From Desulfobacterales bacterium (GTDB taxonomy: Bacteria > Desulfobacterota > Desulfobacteria > Desulfobacterales > UBA2245): DNA of 64,000 bases. The position numbers and the translations under genes were made by a program. Positions 46,375 to 57,139 of this stretch are shown one piece after another. The notes under the pieces are model-generated. The model was given only the letters and a program-made list of their open reading frames with translations, did not search any database and had not been told where the DNA came from. Position 1 is the first letter of the stretch. Each line of letters opens with the position of its first letter. The stretch lies in contig JAXGZF010000006.1 in assembly GCA_040771865.1 (NCBI GenBank), positions 310,001-374,000 on the forward strand. Reading direction: 5' to 3'.

Positions 46375-47253
46375 TCAGGAGGGATCGGAAGATGTTTGAA
46401 CCTTCAGAGCTTCAGCATAAATCTGTTTTTTCGAAAGGCCGGTTCGGGAGGTCAGAATCCTGACGGTTTCCGAAATGCTGCTGCCGGCTTCAAGCATTTC
46501 CTGAATTTCTTCCCGGATCGCTTCAATATCGGCTTTTTCGACAGGGCATCCCGAAACCAGAAGGGTGCATTCCCCTTTTACCACCGGTCTATTGCTCAGC
46601 GTTTTTGCCATGCTGGAAAGGTTTGCACGAATGATTTCTTCATGAATCTTGGTCAATTCGCGGGCAAGAACCGCATGCCGGTTCCCCATGGTCTGTATCA
46701 GTTCATCGATCAGCAAAAGGAGTCGCTGGGGGGATTCGTAAAAAATCAGGGTGCGGGAATCGGCTTTCAGTGCTTCAATCTGTTGAAGGCGCCGATTCTT
46801 TCTTTTGGACAAAAAACCGACAAAAACAAAGGCGTCCGTGGGAAGGCCTGAAGCGCTCAGCGCGGCGACCGCAGCCGATACCCCTGGAATCGGCACTACG
46901 CGGATACCGGTTTCGGCGGCTTGTCTGATCAGACGATAGCCTGGATCAGACACCGAGGGCGTGCCGGCATCGGAAACCAGGGCGATGGACAGGCCCTGTC
47001 GAAGTTGTTCAATCAAGCCGGCGGCCCGGCGCTGTTCATTATACTCGTGAAAAGACGTCAGCCGGGTTTTGATTCCGTGAAAGGAAAGCAGCCGGGCGGT
47101 ATGACGGGTATCCTCGGCGGCGATCAGATCCACCTGCCGAAGTACCGCTAAAGCCCGTAAGGTGATATCCTGCATGTTTCCGATCGGCGTTGCCACCACG
47201 TACAGGATTCCCGGAGATACTCCGGAATTTTCAGGCGGGGAAATTGAAGGCAT
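46375..47253 (-). CDS. rsmI: 16S rRNA C1402 2'-O-methyltransferase
   Basis: LYVVATPIGN..DIT.RA, AAEDTR, VSDAGTP.VSDPG, FYESP, ARELTKIHEE. Confidence 0.96.
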   Translation of the reverse strand: MPSISPPENSGVSPGILYVVATPIGNMQDITLRALAVLRQVDLIAAEDTRHTARLLSFHGIKTRLTSFHEYNEQRRAAGLIEQLRQGLSIALVSDAGTPSVSDPGYRLIRQAAETGIRVVPIPGVSAAVAALSASGLPTDAFVFVGFLSKRKNRRLQQIEALKADSRTLIFYESPQRLLLLIDELIQTMGNRHAVLARELTKIHEEIIRANLSSMAKTLSNRPVVKGECTLLVSGCPVEKADIEAIREEIQEMLEAGSSISETVRILTSRTGLSKKQIYAEALKVQTSSDPS

Positions 47254-47608
47254 TTTGATACAGTTCGATGTGCGGGGGGCTCTGGCACAGCACGGTCGCT
47301 ACGTCAAACCGCGCCCTGGCCTGGCTCTGACGGGTAGTTTTTAAATAGTAAAGGGCGGTCCTGGCGATGCGCCGCTGTTTTTCAGGAGTTATGGCCCATT
47401 TCGGATCGATGTAAGGATCGGTGAAAGGGTCGGTTTTTCTGGCTTTGACCTCGACGAATACAATCACATCCCGGTGCAGCGCGATGATGTCGATTTCTCC
47501 GAACCGGGTGCGGTAATTATGCTCAACGATTCGATATCCTTGTTTTTTCAGATATCCTGCGACCATGAGCTCGGCCTGGCTGCCGAATTGCTGGCTGGGG
47601 CTGGGCAT
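47231..47608 (-). CDS. yraN: YraN family protein
   Basis: NYRTRFGEIDII, VFVEVKAR, RFDV. Confidence 0.93.
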   Translation of the reverse strand: MPSPSQQFGSQAELMVAGYLKKQGYRIVEHNYRTRFGEIDIIALHRDVIVFVEVKARKTDPFTDPYIDPKWAITPEKQRRIARTALYYLKTTRQSQARARFDVATVLCQSPPHIELYQNAFNFPA

Positions 47609-47610
47609 GC

Positions 47611-48222
47611 TTATACTCCTGTCAGGACGCCTCTGAAACTGCGCCGGTGAATCGGGCAGATGCCGAACCGTTCGATCGCCGTTCTGTGATTCTGAGTTGG
47701 ATACCCCTTGTGATGGTCAAATCCATAGTCCGGGTATTCCAGATGATAACGCATCATCAGCCTGTCCCGGGTCACCTTGGCCACGATGGAAGCGGCGGCC
47801 ACGGATATGCTTCTGCTGTCTCCGGCCACGATGGTTTGCTGGGCAACGGCGCAGGGAATGGGAAAACAGCCGTCAATCAGCAGAAAATCCGGACGCGGAT
47901 AAAGATTGTCAGCCGCGGCCGCCATTGAGGCAAGCGCGGCCTTCAAGATATCGGTCCGGTCAATCTCGATGGAGTCCACAATTCCGATCCCTACGGAAAC
48001 AGCCTTCCTGTAAATCAGGTCGTACAGCGCTTCGCGTTTGCCAGACCTCAGCTTCTTGGAATCGGTGATTCCGGAATCACCCAGATCGTCTAGCTTCAAA
48101 ATTACGGATGCGGAAACAACCGGGCCGGCCAGGGGACCCCGGCCGGCCTCGTCCACGCCGGCTACCGTTTTATAGCCGTTTGCATAGGCCTGTTTTTCAA
48201 ATATCCACAGATCCGGCTGCAT
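47611..48222 (-). CDS. rnhB: Ribonuclease HII
   Basis: GVDEAGRGPLAGPV, DSKKL, AAASIVAKVTRD, HKGYPT, HRRSF. Confidence 0.97.
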   Translation of the reverse strand: MQPDLWIFEKQAYANGYKTVAGVDEAGRGPLAGPVVSASVILKLDDLGDSGITDSKKLRSGKREALYDLIYRKAVSVGIGIVDSIEIDRTDILKAALASMAAAADNLYPRPDFLLIDGCFPIPCAVAQQTIVAGDSRSISVAAASIVAKVTRDRLMMRYHLEYPDYGFDHHKGYPTQNHRTAIERFGICPIHRRSFRGVLTGV

Positions 48223-48239
48223 TTGACCAGACGCCGGGG

Positions 48240-48587
48240 TTATCGGTCGAGACGTTCCTTGATTCGGGCGGCCTTGCCTCTGAGCTTGCGCAGATAGTAA
48301 ATTTTGGCCCGACGTACCCGGCCCTTGCTCACCAGTTCGATCTTGTCGATTGCAGGGGAATGCAGCGGAAAAATTCTTTCAACGCCCACGCCGTAGGAAA
48401 CCTTTCGAACGGTAAAAGTCGCAGCGGCAAGCGCACCGCGTTTGCTGATCACAACGCCCTGAAAAGCCTGGATTCTCTCTTTTTCGCCTTCTCGAATTTT
48501 TACATGCACCTTGACGGTATCTCCCGGGGAAAAATCCGGAATATCCAGGCGCATCATTTCTCTTTCCAACTGTTTGATCGTATCCAT
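48240..48587 (-). CDS. rplS: 50S ribosomal protein L19
   Basis: [48 protein letters not shown]. Confidence 0.97.
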   Translation of the reverse strand: MDTIKQLEREMMRLDIPDFSPGDTVKVHVKIREGEKERIQAFQGVVISKRGALAAATFTVRKVSYGVGVERIFPLHSPAIDKIELVSKGRVRRAKIYYLRKLRGKAARIKERLDR

Positions 48588-48616
48588 AATCTCTTTCTCC
48601 AAAAATCTATTTGCCG

Positions 48617-49213
48617 TCAAGCGCGGCCGCTGTTTGTCAGTGAGGTCGGCCCCATGAGCCTGTCCAGAATAATGGCAACCGCGGATCTGACGGAAAGATG
48701 ATTGTATGCCGTCGATCCGGCCACTGGTTCTAAGACATAATCGGCCTGGGCGAATACTTCTTCACATAAGCCCCATGCTGTTCCAAAAACCAGAATGTAA
48801 GGGTTTTCGGTTTGTATCATTTCCCTGAGCTCGCCATAACCCAGGCAATCCGGTTTTCTGCGCGCACAGGTCATCACCGTTCGAGGATTCAACCCGCATT
48901 GCATTCGAACATCGTCAGCAACCTGTTCCAGTGTATTCCGAATCCGAATCAGTTCCATGGCGTCTCGCCGGATGGGATTGTACGCGGCGCCGTTTCCCCG
49001 GGTCCAGTGATCGACGATATCTTCCACCAGTTCTTTCTGATCCTCGAGCGGAGTTACCACATAAAATGATTGAACTCCGTAAGTTTTGGCTGCCCGCGAT
49101 ATGTCGTGCAGATCCAGATTAGTCACCGCCGACGCGATGACCGTTCCGTTCTTATTGACCACCGGATAATGCATCAGCGCCACGTAGAGATTGGGTGTCG
49201 ATGATTTTTTCAA
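48617..49213 (-). CDS. SPOUT-class RNA methyltransferase (TrmD-associated domain)
   Basis: [50 protein letters not shown] start overlaps trmD. Confidence 0.88.
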   Translation of the reverse strand: MKKSSTPNLYVALMHYPVVNKNGTVIASAVTNLDLHDISRAAKTYGVQSFYVVTPLEDQKELVEDIVDHWTRGNGAAYNPIRRDAMELIRIRNTLEQVADDVRMQCGLNPRTVMTCARRKPDCLGYGELREMIQTENPYILVFGTAWGLCEEVFAQADYVLEPVAGSTAYNHLSVRSAVAIILDRLMGPTSLTNSGRA

Positions 49214-49940
49214 TATCCAGGCACCATTTTCTTAAAATTTTGATCTCCTGCATGTTGAGCTTGCGTCGTGTCAATAAATCCGGACGTTTTAAAAAGGTCC
49301 GGATCAGGGATGTTTCCTGACGCCAGCTTTCAATGGCCTGATGATTGCCGGAAAGCAGTACGTCAGGCGCCACCTCGCCCTCAAAAACCGGCGGCCGGGT
49401 ATAGTGGGCATGCTCGAGCAGGCCCGAGCTGAAAGAATCTTTTTCCGCGGATTCCGCTCCGCCCAAAGCCCCGGGCAGTAAACGGGTTACCGCATCGATG
49501 ATTACCATGGCGCCCAGCTCTCCGCCGGTCATCACATAATCCCCTATGGAGATCTCCTCGTCAATGCATCCATTACAAACACGCTCATCCACGCCCTCAT
49601 AACGGCCGCAGACCAGAATCATGCCTTCGGTTCGGGCCAGCCGGTCGGCCTGTCTCTGATCGAAGACACGGCCCTGGGGGCTTAAAAGAACCGTGCGGGC
49701 ACATGGATATTTTTCCCGGGTCCATCGGATTGCCCTTACCAGAGGTTCGGGCTTCATTACCATTCCACACCCGCCGCCATAAGGCCGATCATCCGTCGTT
49801 TTATGACGGCCTTCGGCAAACGTCCGGATATCCACCGCTTCCACTTTGATCAGTGCGCTTTCGATGCTGCGCCGGATAATCCCGTGGTTCCAGAAAGCGT
49901 CAAACATTTCCGGGAAAATGGTCAGCACCGCAAAATTCAT
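49152..49940 (-). CDS. trmD: tRNA (guanine37-N1)-methyltransferase
   Basis: [46 protein letters not shown]. Confidence 0.97.
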   Translation of the reverse strand: MNFAVLTIFPEMFDAFWNHGIIRRSIESALIKVEAVDIRTFAEGRHKTTDDRPYGGGCGMVMKPEPLVRAIRWTREKYPCARTVLLSPQGRVFDQRQADRLARTEGMILVCGRYEGVDERVCNGCIDEEISIGDYVMTGGELGAMVIIDAVTRLLPGALGGAESAEKDSFSSGLLEHAHYTRPPVFEGEVAPDVLLSGNHQAIESWRQETSLIRTFLKRPDLLTRRKLNMQEIKILRKWCLDIEKIIDTQSLRGADALSGGQ

Positions 49941-49949
49941 AATCACCCG

Positions 49950-50462
49950 CTACAATCCCTCGGGCAAATCCACTCGAACCGTTCTGCCCTCCAGATCCAC
50001 ATCGACGACCACGGAAGCCAGCGCGGGAATCAGAATTTCCCTGTTTCCGTCCTTTACCACGAACACATCATTACTTCCCGTGGGAAAGATTGAATGAATC
50101 CGCCCCAGATATTCACCGCAAACAGCAAACACCGAAAGCCCGATCAGATCCACCCAGTAATAGGTGTCTTCCTCTTCAAGTTCGGGCAAACATTCTCTCT
50201 GGATCCAGATTTCGGTGCCGATCAAGTTTTGGGCTTCGTCCATGGTTTCGATTCGTTCCAGAGCCATCCGCAATATGCGCTTGTATGGTTCTGCCCATTT
50301 CACAATCCAACTTGTCCTGCCGCCCCGCGGATCAATGGTTAGAATCTCTTCTCCGGGATGAAAAACGGCAAAGGATTCCACATAAGGGCATACTTTCAGC
50401 ACACCTCGGATTCCATGGGTTCCAACAATCTTTCCGACCGAAACAAAACCGGAGTCGTTCAC
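49950..50462 (-). CDS. rimM: Ribosome maturation factor RimM
   Basis: VGKIVGTHGIRG, YYWVDLIG, TGSNDV, LIPA. Confidence 0.95.
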   Translation of the reverse strand: MNDSGFVSVGKIVGTHGIRGVLKVCPYVESFAVFHPGEEILTIDPRGGRTSWIVKWAEPYKRILRMALERIETMDEAQNLIGTEIWIQRECLPELEEEDTYYWVDLIGLSVFAVCGEYLGRIHSIFPTGSNDVFVVKDGNREILIPALASVVVDVDLEGRTVRVDLPEGL

Positions 50463-50466
50463 GCTG

Positions 50467-50697
50467 CTATTCGATGATTTCCAGAACCGTCCGCTTTTTT
50501 ACCTTTGCCGAAGCCGCGCTTAAAATGGTTCGCATGGCTCTGGCCGTTTTTCCCTGCTTTCCGATCACTTTGCCCAAATCCTCTTTTGCCACCTTAAGCT
50601 CCAGTACAGAGGTCTGATTTCCCTCCACCTCCGAAACCACTACCTGTTCAGGATTATCCACCAGCGCCTGTGCAATGTACTTGATCAGATCTTTCAT
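50467..50697 (-). CDS. khpA: KH-domain RNA-binding protein (KhpA/YlqC)
   Basis: [24 protein letters not shown]; conserved position after rpsP. Confidence 0.92.
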   Translation of the reverse strand: MKDLIKYIAQALVDNPEQVVVSEVEGNQTSVLELKVAKEDLGKVIGKQGKTARAMRTILSAASAKVKKRTVLEIIE

Positions 50698-50749
50698 AGC
50701 GAAATCTCCTTTGTTGGCTTTTGAGAATTAGGGTAAGAGGGCATCTAAC

Positions 50750-51004
50750 TCACGCAGGATTTGCGAAAAAGCCTTGTTTTTTCAAAAGACTCTGAACGGT
50801 ATCGGTCGGAGTGGCGCCTTGCTCCATCCAGTATTGCACCCGGTCGGTTTTCAGAACGACCTCAGCCGGATCCAGAAGGGGGTTGTAGGTGCCGACGTTC
50901 TCAATAAAACGCCCGTCTCTCGGCGCATCCGCATCCGTTACGACAATTCGATAAAAAGGCCGCTTTTTTGCGCCGTGCCTTGCCAATCTGATTCTTACTG
51001 CCAT
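50750..51004 (-). CDS. rpsP: 30S ribosomal protein S16
   Basis: [32 protein letters not shown]. Confidence 0.97.
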   Translation of the reverse strand: MAVRIRLARHGAKKRPFYRIVVTDADAPRDGRFIENVGTYNPLLDPAEVVLKTDRVQYWMEQGATPTDTVQSLLKKQGFFANPA

Positions 51005-51020
51005 ACTGTTCGGTTCTCCT

Positions 51021-52352
51021 TCAAAACGGCAACATACCGCGGCCAAAACCGCGCATGCCGCCTTTGTTGATCTTCTTTAATACCTGTAATATCTGTGTAT
51101 AGTTTTTCAAAAGCCTATTTACATCTTGTACACTGGTCCCGCTGCCTTTAGCAATCCTTTTCCTGCGGCTGCCATTGATAATCGTATGCTGACGCCGCTC
51201 CTGCATTGTCATGGAGTTGATGACCGCCTCAATTCGAACCAGTTCCTTTTCATCCACCTGCAGATTTTTCATCTGTTTGATCTTCCCCATCCCCGGAATC
51301 ATGCCCATCAGATCTGCCAGGGAACCCATTTTCCGGATCTGAAGCATCTGATCCTTGAAATCTTCCAGGGTGAACTGATTTTTCTTGAGCTTTTTCTCGA
51401 GATCAGCGGCCTTTTCCTCATCCACCACTGACTGGGCTCTTTCGATGATGCTCATAACATCGCCCATGCCCAGAATTCGTGATGCCATGCGATCCGGATG
51501 AAAGGCCTCCAGATCCGTGAGCTTCTCTCCCGTTCCGGCAAACTTGATGGGTTTTCCGGTGACCGACCGGATTGAAATCGCGGCCCCGCCCCTGGCATCC
51601 CCGTCCATCTTAGTCAGAATAACGCCGCCGATGTTCAGGGCATCGTCAAAGGCCTTGGCAATATTCACCGCATCTTGGCCCGTCATCGCATCTGCAACCA
51701 GCAGAATATCCGATGGCTGAACCGCATCCCGAATCCGGGAAAGTTCGCTCATCAGGTTCTCGTCGACATGGAGACGGCCGGCGGTGTCGAGAAGCAGCAG
51801 GTCGCAGCCCTGCTGCTGGGCGGACACACGGGCCTGTTGACAGATCCGGACCGGGTCCATGTCCTGAGTCGAGGCAAAAACGGGAACATCCAGCTGACCG
51901 GCCAGCTTTTTTAACTGGTCGATTGCCGCCGGTCGATAAACGTCCGCCGGAACCAGAAAAGGCTTGTGTCCCTTTTTTCTTAACAGGATGGCCAGTTTCC
52001 CGGCGGTGGTGGTTTTCCCTGAACCCTGCAACCCGACCAGCATCACTGATACGGGTTTGGCGCCCGACACATTAACGGACTCATTCTGATCGCCCATCAG
52101 GGCCGCCAGCTCATCGTGGACAATTTTTACCACCTGCTGGCCAGGAGTCAGGCTTCCCATCACCTCGCGGCCCAGCGCGCGCTGCCTGACGTCGGCAACG
52201 AACTGCTTGGTCACGCGGTAATGCACGTCTGCCTCCAGAAGCGCCATGCGCACTTCCCGAAGCCCGTCCTCGATGTTTTTTTCGGTTAACTTGCCCTGCC
52301 CCTTAAGTTTTTTAAAAACCGAGCCGAGCCTGTCCGTCAGGTTGTCAAACAT
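51021..52352 (-). CDS. ffh: Signal recognition particle protein
   Basis: [31 protein letters not shown], Met-rich M domain, [11 protein letters not shown]. Confidence 0.98.
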   Translation of the reverse strand: MFDNLTDRLGSVFKKLKGQGKLTEKNIEDGLREVRMALLEADVHYRVTKQFVADVRQRALGREVMGSLTPGQQVVKIVHDELAALMGDQNESVNVSGAKPVSVMLVGLQGSGKTTTAGKLAILLRKKGHKPFLVPADVYRPAAIDQLKKLAGQLDVPVFASTQDMDPVRICQQARVSAQQQGCDLLLLDTAGRLHVDENLMSELSRIRDAVQPSDILLVADAMTGQDAVNIAKAFDDALNIGGVILTKMDGDARGGAAISIRSVTGKPIKFAGTGEKLTDLEAFHPDRMASRILGMGDVMSIIERAQSVVDEEKAADLEKKLKKNQFTLEDFKDQMLQIRKMGSLADLMGMIPGMGKIKQMKNLQVDEKELVRIEAVINSMTMQERRQHTIINGSRRKRIAKGSGTSVQDVNRLLKNYTQILQVLKKINKGGMRGFGRGMLPF

Positions 52353-52442
52353 ATTGTATCCAGCTGATCAATTAAATTCTTGAAAATAAAATTTGTAAAA
52401 TGTTATGTCAAGAAAAATCCAGAATACAGAGAAAACAGCCTC

Positions 52443-53492
52443 ATGTCCCAAACGGAAATCAAAAACCTCAGCCGAAACCAGCTCGCGTCGCTGCTTGAGA
52501 CCCGCGGCATTCAACCTTATCGCGCTGCACAGATTCTCAGATGGATCTACCTTCGCCAGACGGACAGGTTCGAGGACATGACCGATCTGAGCAGGCCGAT
52601 TCGAAGCGGACTTTCGGACGAGCTGATCAGCCGGCGGCTTGAGATTTCCCGGATGGAAATTTCCATGGACGGATCCAGAAAATTTCTTTTTACCCTCGAA
52701 GACGGCAACCAGATCGAAAGCGTCCTGATTCCGGAAAAAGAACACCACACCCTTTGCATTTCCAGCCAGGTCGGCTGCGCCCAGGGATGCCGTTTCTGTC
52801 TTACCGCTCAAGGAGGCCTTATTCGGAACCTGTCTCCGCACGAAATCATATCCCAGATTCGGGACATTCAGAATCGAATGACGGATTCCGACAGGATCAC
52901 CAACATTGTCGTCATGGGCATGGGAGAGCCTCTGGCCAACTACGAAAATCTCATTCAGGCGCTGAACATCATTACCGACTCTGAAGCCGGTCTGGGATTT
53001 TCCAGCCGGCGGGTTACGGTTTCAACGGCCGGTCTGGTTCCCCGCTTCTCTGATCTGGCCCGAAATACCAGCATCAACATTGCCGTATCATTAAACGCAT
53101 CGGAGAACAAGACCCGCGACCGTCTGATGCCGATCAATCGAAAGTATCCCATCGAAACGCTTCTGCAGGCCTGTCGCGACTATCCGCTTCGGCCGCGCCG
53201 GCGCATCACTTTCGAGTATATTCTGATTCAGGGGGTCAACGATTCGATCGAGGATGCGTGCCGTCTGACCCGCCTGCTTCGCGGAATCAAGGCGAAAATC
53301 AATCTCATACCCTTCAATCCGCACGAGGGGAGCGAATTCAACCGGCCTGAACTCCCGGATATTCTGCGATTTCAGAAGGTTCTGACCGACGCCAATTACA
53401 CGGCCATCATTCGATTCAGCAAGGGGCAGGACATTTCGGCTGCCTGCGGGCAGCTTCGCTCTGGTTGCCTGCCCGTTACGCAGACAGTGTAA
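52443..53492 (+). CDS. rlmN: 23S rRNA A2503 C2-methyltransferase (radical SAM)
   Basis: CISSQVGCAQGCRFC, MGMGEPL.N, TVSTAG, TFEY, NLIPFN, DISAACGQL. Confidence 0.96.
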   Translation: MSQTEIKNLSRNQLASLLETRGIQPYRAAQILRWIYLRQTDRFEDMTDLSRPIRSGLSDELISRRLEISRMEISMDGSRKFLFTLEDGNQIESVLIPEKEHHTLCISSQVGCAQGCRFCLTAQGGLIRNLSPHEIISQIRDIQNRMTDSDRITNIVVMGMGEPLANYENLIQALNIITDSEAGLGFSSRRVTVSTAGLVPRFSDLARNTSINIAVSLNASENKTRDRLMPINRKYPIETLLQACRDYPLRPRRRITFEYILIQGVNDSIEDACRLTRLLRGIKAKINLIPFNPHEGSEFNRPELPDILRFQKVLTDANYTAIIRFSKGQDISAACGQLRSGCLPVTQTV

Positions 53493-53526
53493 GCGGCTTC
53501 ATTCTGTCACGATGCATGCGTATCCT

Positions 53527-54537
53527 TCAGAGCATGAACTTTTTCAAAAGCGAGGGAGCAATTCCCAGAACTTTTTCGCATCTTGCCTGACCGGAATTTT
53601 CCAGCAGAACCTGCGCCGCCGAATGGTCTGAAAGCCTGCTGTATCCAATGCAAAGCGAGGCGGCCAGCAAGAGAGTTTCCGGTCTTGACGGCCCGGGAAC
53701 CAGCACCACGGGGCCTGCCTGGTTTTGCAGGCGAATCAGGGCGTCTTTGAAGGAATCGCTGTATTTCACAATGGCTTCATTGTCGTTTTGGTTGCGGCCG
53801 ACAATTACCTTGTCCTGGTTCTGAAGGCGATAATGGCGGCCGAACTTCAGCAGGTGCAGCTCAGACTCGCTGCATTCAGCCTGATGATCAAACAGATCCC
53901 TCAAACGCCTGGAATAGCATGGATCCGTCAGCAGGCACCCGCCGGCCGGCGCTGGATAATTCGCCACTCCGAATTCCCTGGCCAGCTGAATCTGGGGCTT
54001 GCGGGATCTTCCGGAAATGGCCAGGAGCCGATTCCGGTCGATCAGACCGGTTTGTTCGGCAATGGTTTCCTCCAGAAGCCTTGCGCTCAGGGGTCGCAGA
54101 ATGCGGCCCGCATACCCGGAATGTTTCTCCACGTAGCGAAGCGAAGGTCGGGTCTGCGACATGGGGCGCTGTCCCAGGACCTCCCCGCTGAAAAGAAAAT
54201 CAAATTCCTCCCGCACCATCATGTCTCCGGCCAGCCGGAACATCAGCGCATGGCAGTCCATGCACGGATTCATATTCTGACCGTATCCGCAGGGAGGCTT
54301 TCTGAGCATTTCAAGATAAATTTCCGTAATATTTCGAACCGTCAGCGGAATCCCGTGAGCTTTTGCCGCATTCCGGGATTTTTCCGAAGAAAAGAACGGC
54401 GTCTCAAAAGCGATCCACTCGACCACTATCCCCTGACGGCGGAGAACCAGCGCCGCCAGAATACTGTCAAGACCTCCGGAGCAAAGCCCCAAAGCCCGAA
54501 TCTGTTTGTTTTTCAATATGCTGTCCATATTTTCCAT
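53527..54537 (-). CDS. ThiI/MnmA-like PP-loop tRNA-modifying protein
   Basis: SGGLDS, NPCMDCH, GEVLGQRPMSQ, LRPLSA, GRSRK.Q, PAGGCLLT, GRH.R. Confidence 0.85.
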   Translation of the reverse strand: MENMDSILKNKQIRALGLCSGGLDSILAALVLRRQGIVVEWIAFETPFFSSEKSRNAAKAHGIPLTVRNITEIYLEMLRKPPCGYGQNMNPCMDCHALMFRLAGDMMVREEFDFLFSGEVLGQRPMSQTRPSLRYVEKHSGYAGRILRPLSARLLEETIAEQTGLIDRNRLLAISGRSRKPQIQLAREFGVANYPAPAGGCLLTDPCYSRRLRDLFDHQAECSESELHLLKFGRHYRLQNQDKVIVGRNQNDNEAIVKYSDSFKDALIRLQNQAGPVVLVPGPSRPETLLLAASLCIGYSRLSDHSAAQVLLENSGQARCEKVLGIAPSLLKKFML

Positions 54538-54844
54538 TATTATCTGCGAAGCCGGGGTATTTACCGTAACGATCAAAGTCCAACAGGGATAAGGCCCCAG
54601 GAACGGGCGACTCAGATGAAATTCAAATTCGCGTAAGGTCGAATACTTTGTTCATTTTTCGGAACATTCCCCATCCTGAAACGGCGGTATAGCACAAAGT
54701 CGTTAAAATATATAATAATTTTGATCTGATCGGCAATAGCCCAGACAATACCGTATTTTTCCCCGGTCCTGTATGTCCATTGCCGGAAAGATTGGCGGTT
54801 TCTTCTACAGTCAATTTTCTGATGGCAACGAAAAATATAAGTTT

Positions 54845-55542
54845 GAGCCCATCCACGGCAATAACTAACTGTAATTTATGAAGAAAGCGCATTTTGCTGC
54901 GGACTTTCTATGCTTTCCGCAGTATAACGAAAGTCTCCAACCAATCGATATTGCTGCAAAAATAAAGAAAGGGGCCACCGCAAAATGCGCGAAAAGAGCA
55001 AAAAACAATTGCCGCCGATGAATCCGACAATCGATCATCCGCAAGCCAGGGAACTGGACAGAATCAGTTGGATTCTCGATCAGGAAACTACCATATTGGA
55101 AGAGGCCAAACAACGCCGGATCAAGGATGTATGCTTTGCCAAAAAGCGGGGACTGACTGTGGATAAAATGTGTCGCAGCCAGTGGGTTTACAATCGCCTG
55201 AGGCGATTCCGGGCCGGTGTGGAGTCGATCATCTCCTGGATAAAGCGCTGCTTCGGATTTGACCGTTGCACGTGGAGGGGTCGGCGATCGTTTGAAAGCT
55301 ACGCATGGCTGTCTGTAGTGACAGCCAACCTGATTACGCTGGCCAGAGCTAAACCGGCGTAACCTGAATCTGAAAATATGAAATCGGCGTTTCAAAGGAA
55401 CAGCCATGCCCTATAAATAGACAAAATTGAATATAGTTGCTCTCTGTAACCAAAATCAATATCGAACTGGACAAGTCTGACACGAACAGGTGGTATGTTT
55501 CGCAACCCAATAAACTCAAATGGCCCGTTTATGGATGGAAAG
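54845..55542 (+). mobile_element. Internally deleted IS remnant (DDE, IS5/ISNCY-like)
   Basis: Short transposase-like ORF flanked by decayed inverted repeats CCATCCA (54849-54855) / TGGATGG (55532-55538). Confidence 0.6.
54985..55362 (+). pseudogene. Transposase N- and C-terminal remnant
   Basis: C-terminal Y..LRRFRAGVES.IS..KR.FG.DRC.WRG...F......V...NL is the Y-(x)-R-E-K type signature of DDE transposases; 125 aa is too short for a full catalytic core. Confidence 0.7.
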
Positions 55543-55737
55543 AGGTTTGTGGCAAGGCTGATTCCGGGAAATCCAGCGTATCCGGCGGACGCGCTGCATT
55601 AACCAGATCAAATTCCGTCAGAACCCGCATTTCTGCTTGACGCTGCAACGGATTTATCGATAGGAAGAAATTATATGTTTGAAACCGATATTTAAAACCC
55701 GATTCAATGCGGCTTTCTGGAAAAGACAGGACGGAAA

Positions 55738-56076
55738 ATGTCAAATCAGATTGATCTTTATTGGGAATCGACTGCCGGGTGGGCAGCCATCGAAAGAACC
55801 ATTCGCTCCACTTTACAGGAAGCGGGGGCGCCGGTTGATATCACGGATACGCTATGTGCAAAGATGAAAGATGTTTTTGAACGTTACAGCATGGCTCTGG
55901 GTTTTGATTTGTCTATTGATCTCCCTTCGGATTTAAGCCCGGAACAAAAGGACGATATCGCAGCCGAACTGGCAAACAAGATCGGCAAACTGGCTGAAAG
56001 AATTCATGCGTTCAAGAACCGGGTGCTTCTGGACCGCCTGATTCTTGAAATCGAACTCTGCGGAGCAAATCCGTAA
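55738..56076 (+). CDS. Hypothetical protein
   Basis: 112-aa ORF, AGGA upstream, followed by a strong hairpin. Confidence 0.65.
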   Translation: MSNQIDLYWESTAGWAAIERTIRSTLQEAGAPVDITDTLCAKMKDVFERYSMALGFDLSIDLPSDLSPEQKDDIAAELANKIGKLAERIHAFKNRVLLDRLILEIELCGANP

Positions 56077-56098
56077 AGAGCCGCCCAAGACATTCATT

Positions 56099-56140
56099 TG
56101 CGCGCCTTCATTCAACAGAATGAAGGCGCGCACGAATTTT
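56099..56140 (+). terminator. Strong hairpin / probable terminator
   Basis: TGCGCGCCTTCATTC-AACA-GAATGAAGGCGCGCA, perfect 15 bp; weak U tract. Confidence 0.6.
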
Positions 56141-56557
56141 CAGATCCTTCTTGAATAAACCGAGACGCTGCAGTTCAATTCCCGTTGTTGTATCAAAAAG
56201 CCGGAGCTGGTGAAAAAATGAGAAACCCCGTCAAAAAAACGCTTCGGTGTAATTGGTCTCCTCATGCAAACTCACGCGATCACGCACAGAAAAAATAAAC
56301 CCAAAGATCTGCCCCAGGGTGGGCGACCCTGAAATCGGCTCCGCTGATCGAATTAGACGTGCTTGGATAGGGCTTTTTCACAACGCCCCGAAACGATTCT
56401 CGTGTGATGATCGGGAATATCTCCTATCAAATTGAAGTTGCGAACCTATGGACAAACCACGTTGAAATGCGGATAAAGAAAACGATTGTTGAAGCGGTCT
56501 GCCATTCATTCCTGCCGCTGATAACTCCATGTTTTGATTGTCAAAAGGAGGTCTTCC

Positions 56558-56782
56558 ATGTTCACAGGAACCGTCAAATGGTTCAATCATAAAGCCGGCT
56601 ACGGTCATATAAAAGCGGAAAACGGAGAGGACATATATGTCCACATTTCCAATGTGCTTCCCTATGATGTATTGCATATCGGTGAGGGGGACCCGGTCAG
56701 ATTTGAGCTTCGATACGGCATTCAGGGCGTGGAAGCCAAAAATGTCGTCAAGGCGTCCCAAAACATGTTTCATTCGGTTTGA
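56558..56782 (+). CDS. Cold-shock domain protein
   Basis: GTVKWFN..AGYGHI, DIYVHIS, GD.V.F, AKNV; SD AAGGAGG. Confidence 0.92.
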   Translation: MFTGTVKWFNHKAGYGHIKAENGEDIYVHISNVLPYDVLHIGEGDPVRFELRYGIQGVEAKNVVKASQNMFHSV

Positions 56783-56944
56783 CGCGGCTAATGTCCTGAA
56801 AATAATATTCGCCTTATTGAGTCTCTCCTTTGAATTGACCGTGTAAAAAATTTTGGCACGGATTTTTTAAACACTCAAATCAAGTTTACCGCATTTGCGT
56901 TCACGTCCCTGAACCGCTCCATACCACGGGTGCTGTTGAATCTG

Positions 56945-56973
56945 TTGACAAAAATACGGCAGGTTCATATTAT
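56945..56973 (+). promoter_or_regulatory. Sigma70-type promoter upstream of ppiD
   Basis: TTGACA-17 nt-TATTAT. Confidence 0.65.
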
Positions 56974-57139
56974 AACCCATTTTTTGCAGGTAATTACTGA
57001 ACTCGTCTGCCATATTTTATTAAAGTATTCGGGCACTTCAAGCCAAATTTTTTAAATCTTTGAAACACACGAACATAAGGCTATGCGGCGACGCGTTTGG
57101 AAAAATATAAATTTTGCGTACTGATATCGAGGAATAAAT

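Noticed and set aside
56279..56345. TCACGCACAG and a nearby hairpin in the cold-shock gene leader, resembling the start of a c-di-GMP-I riboswitch
   Set aside because: The required GGCAAAC...GAAA...GACGCAAA core is absent.
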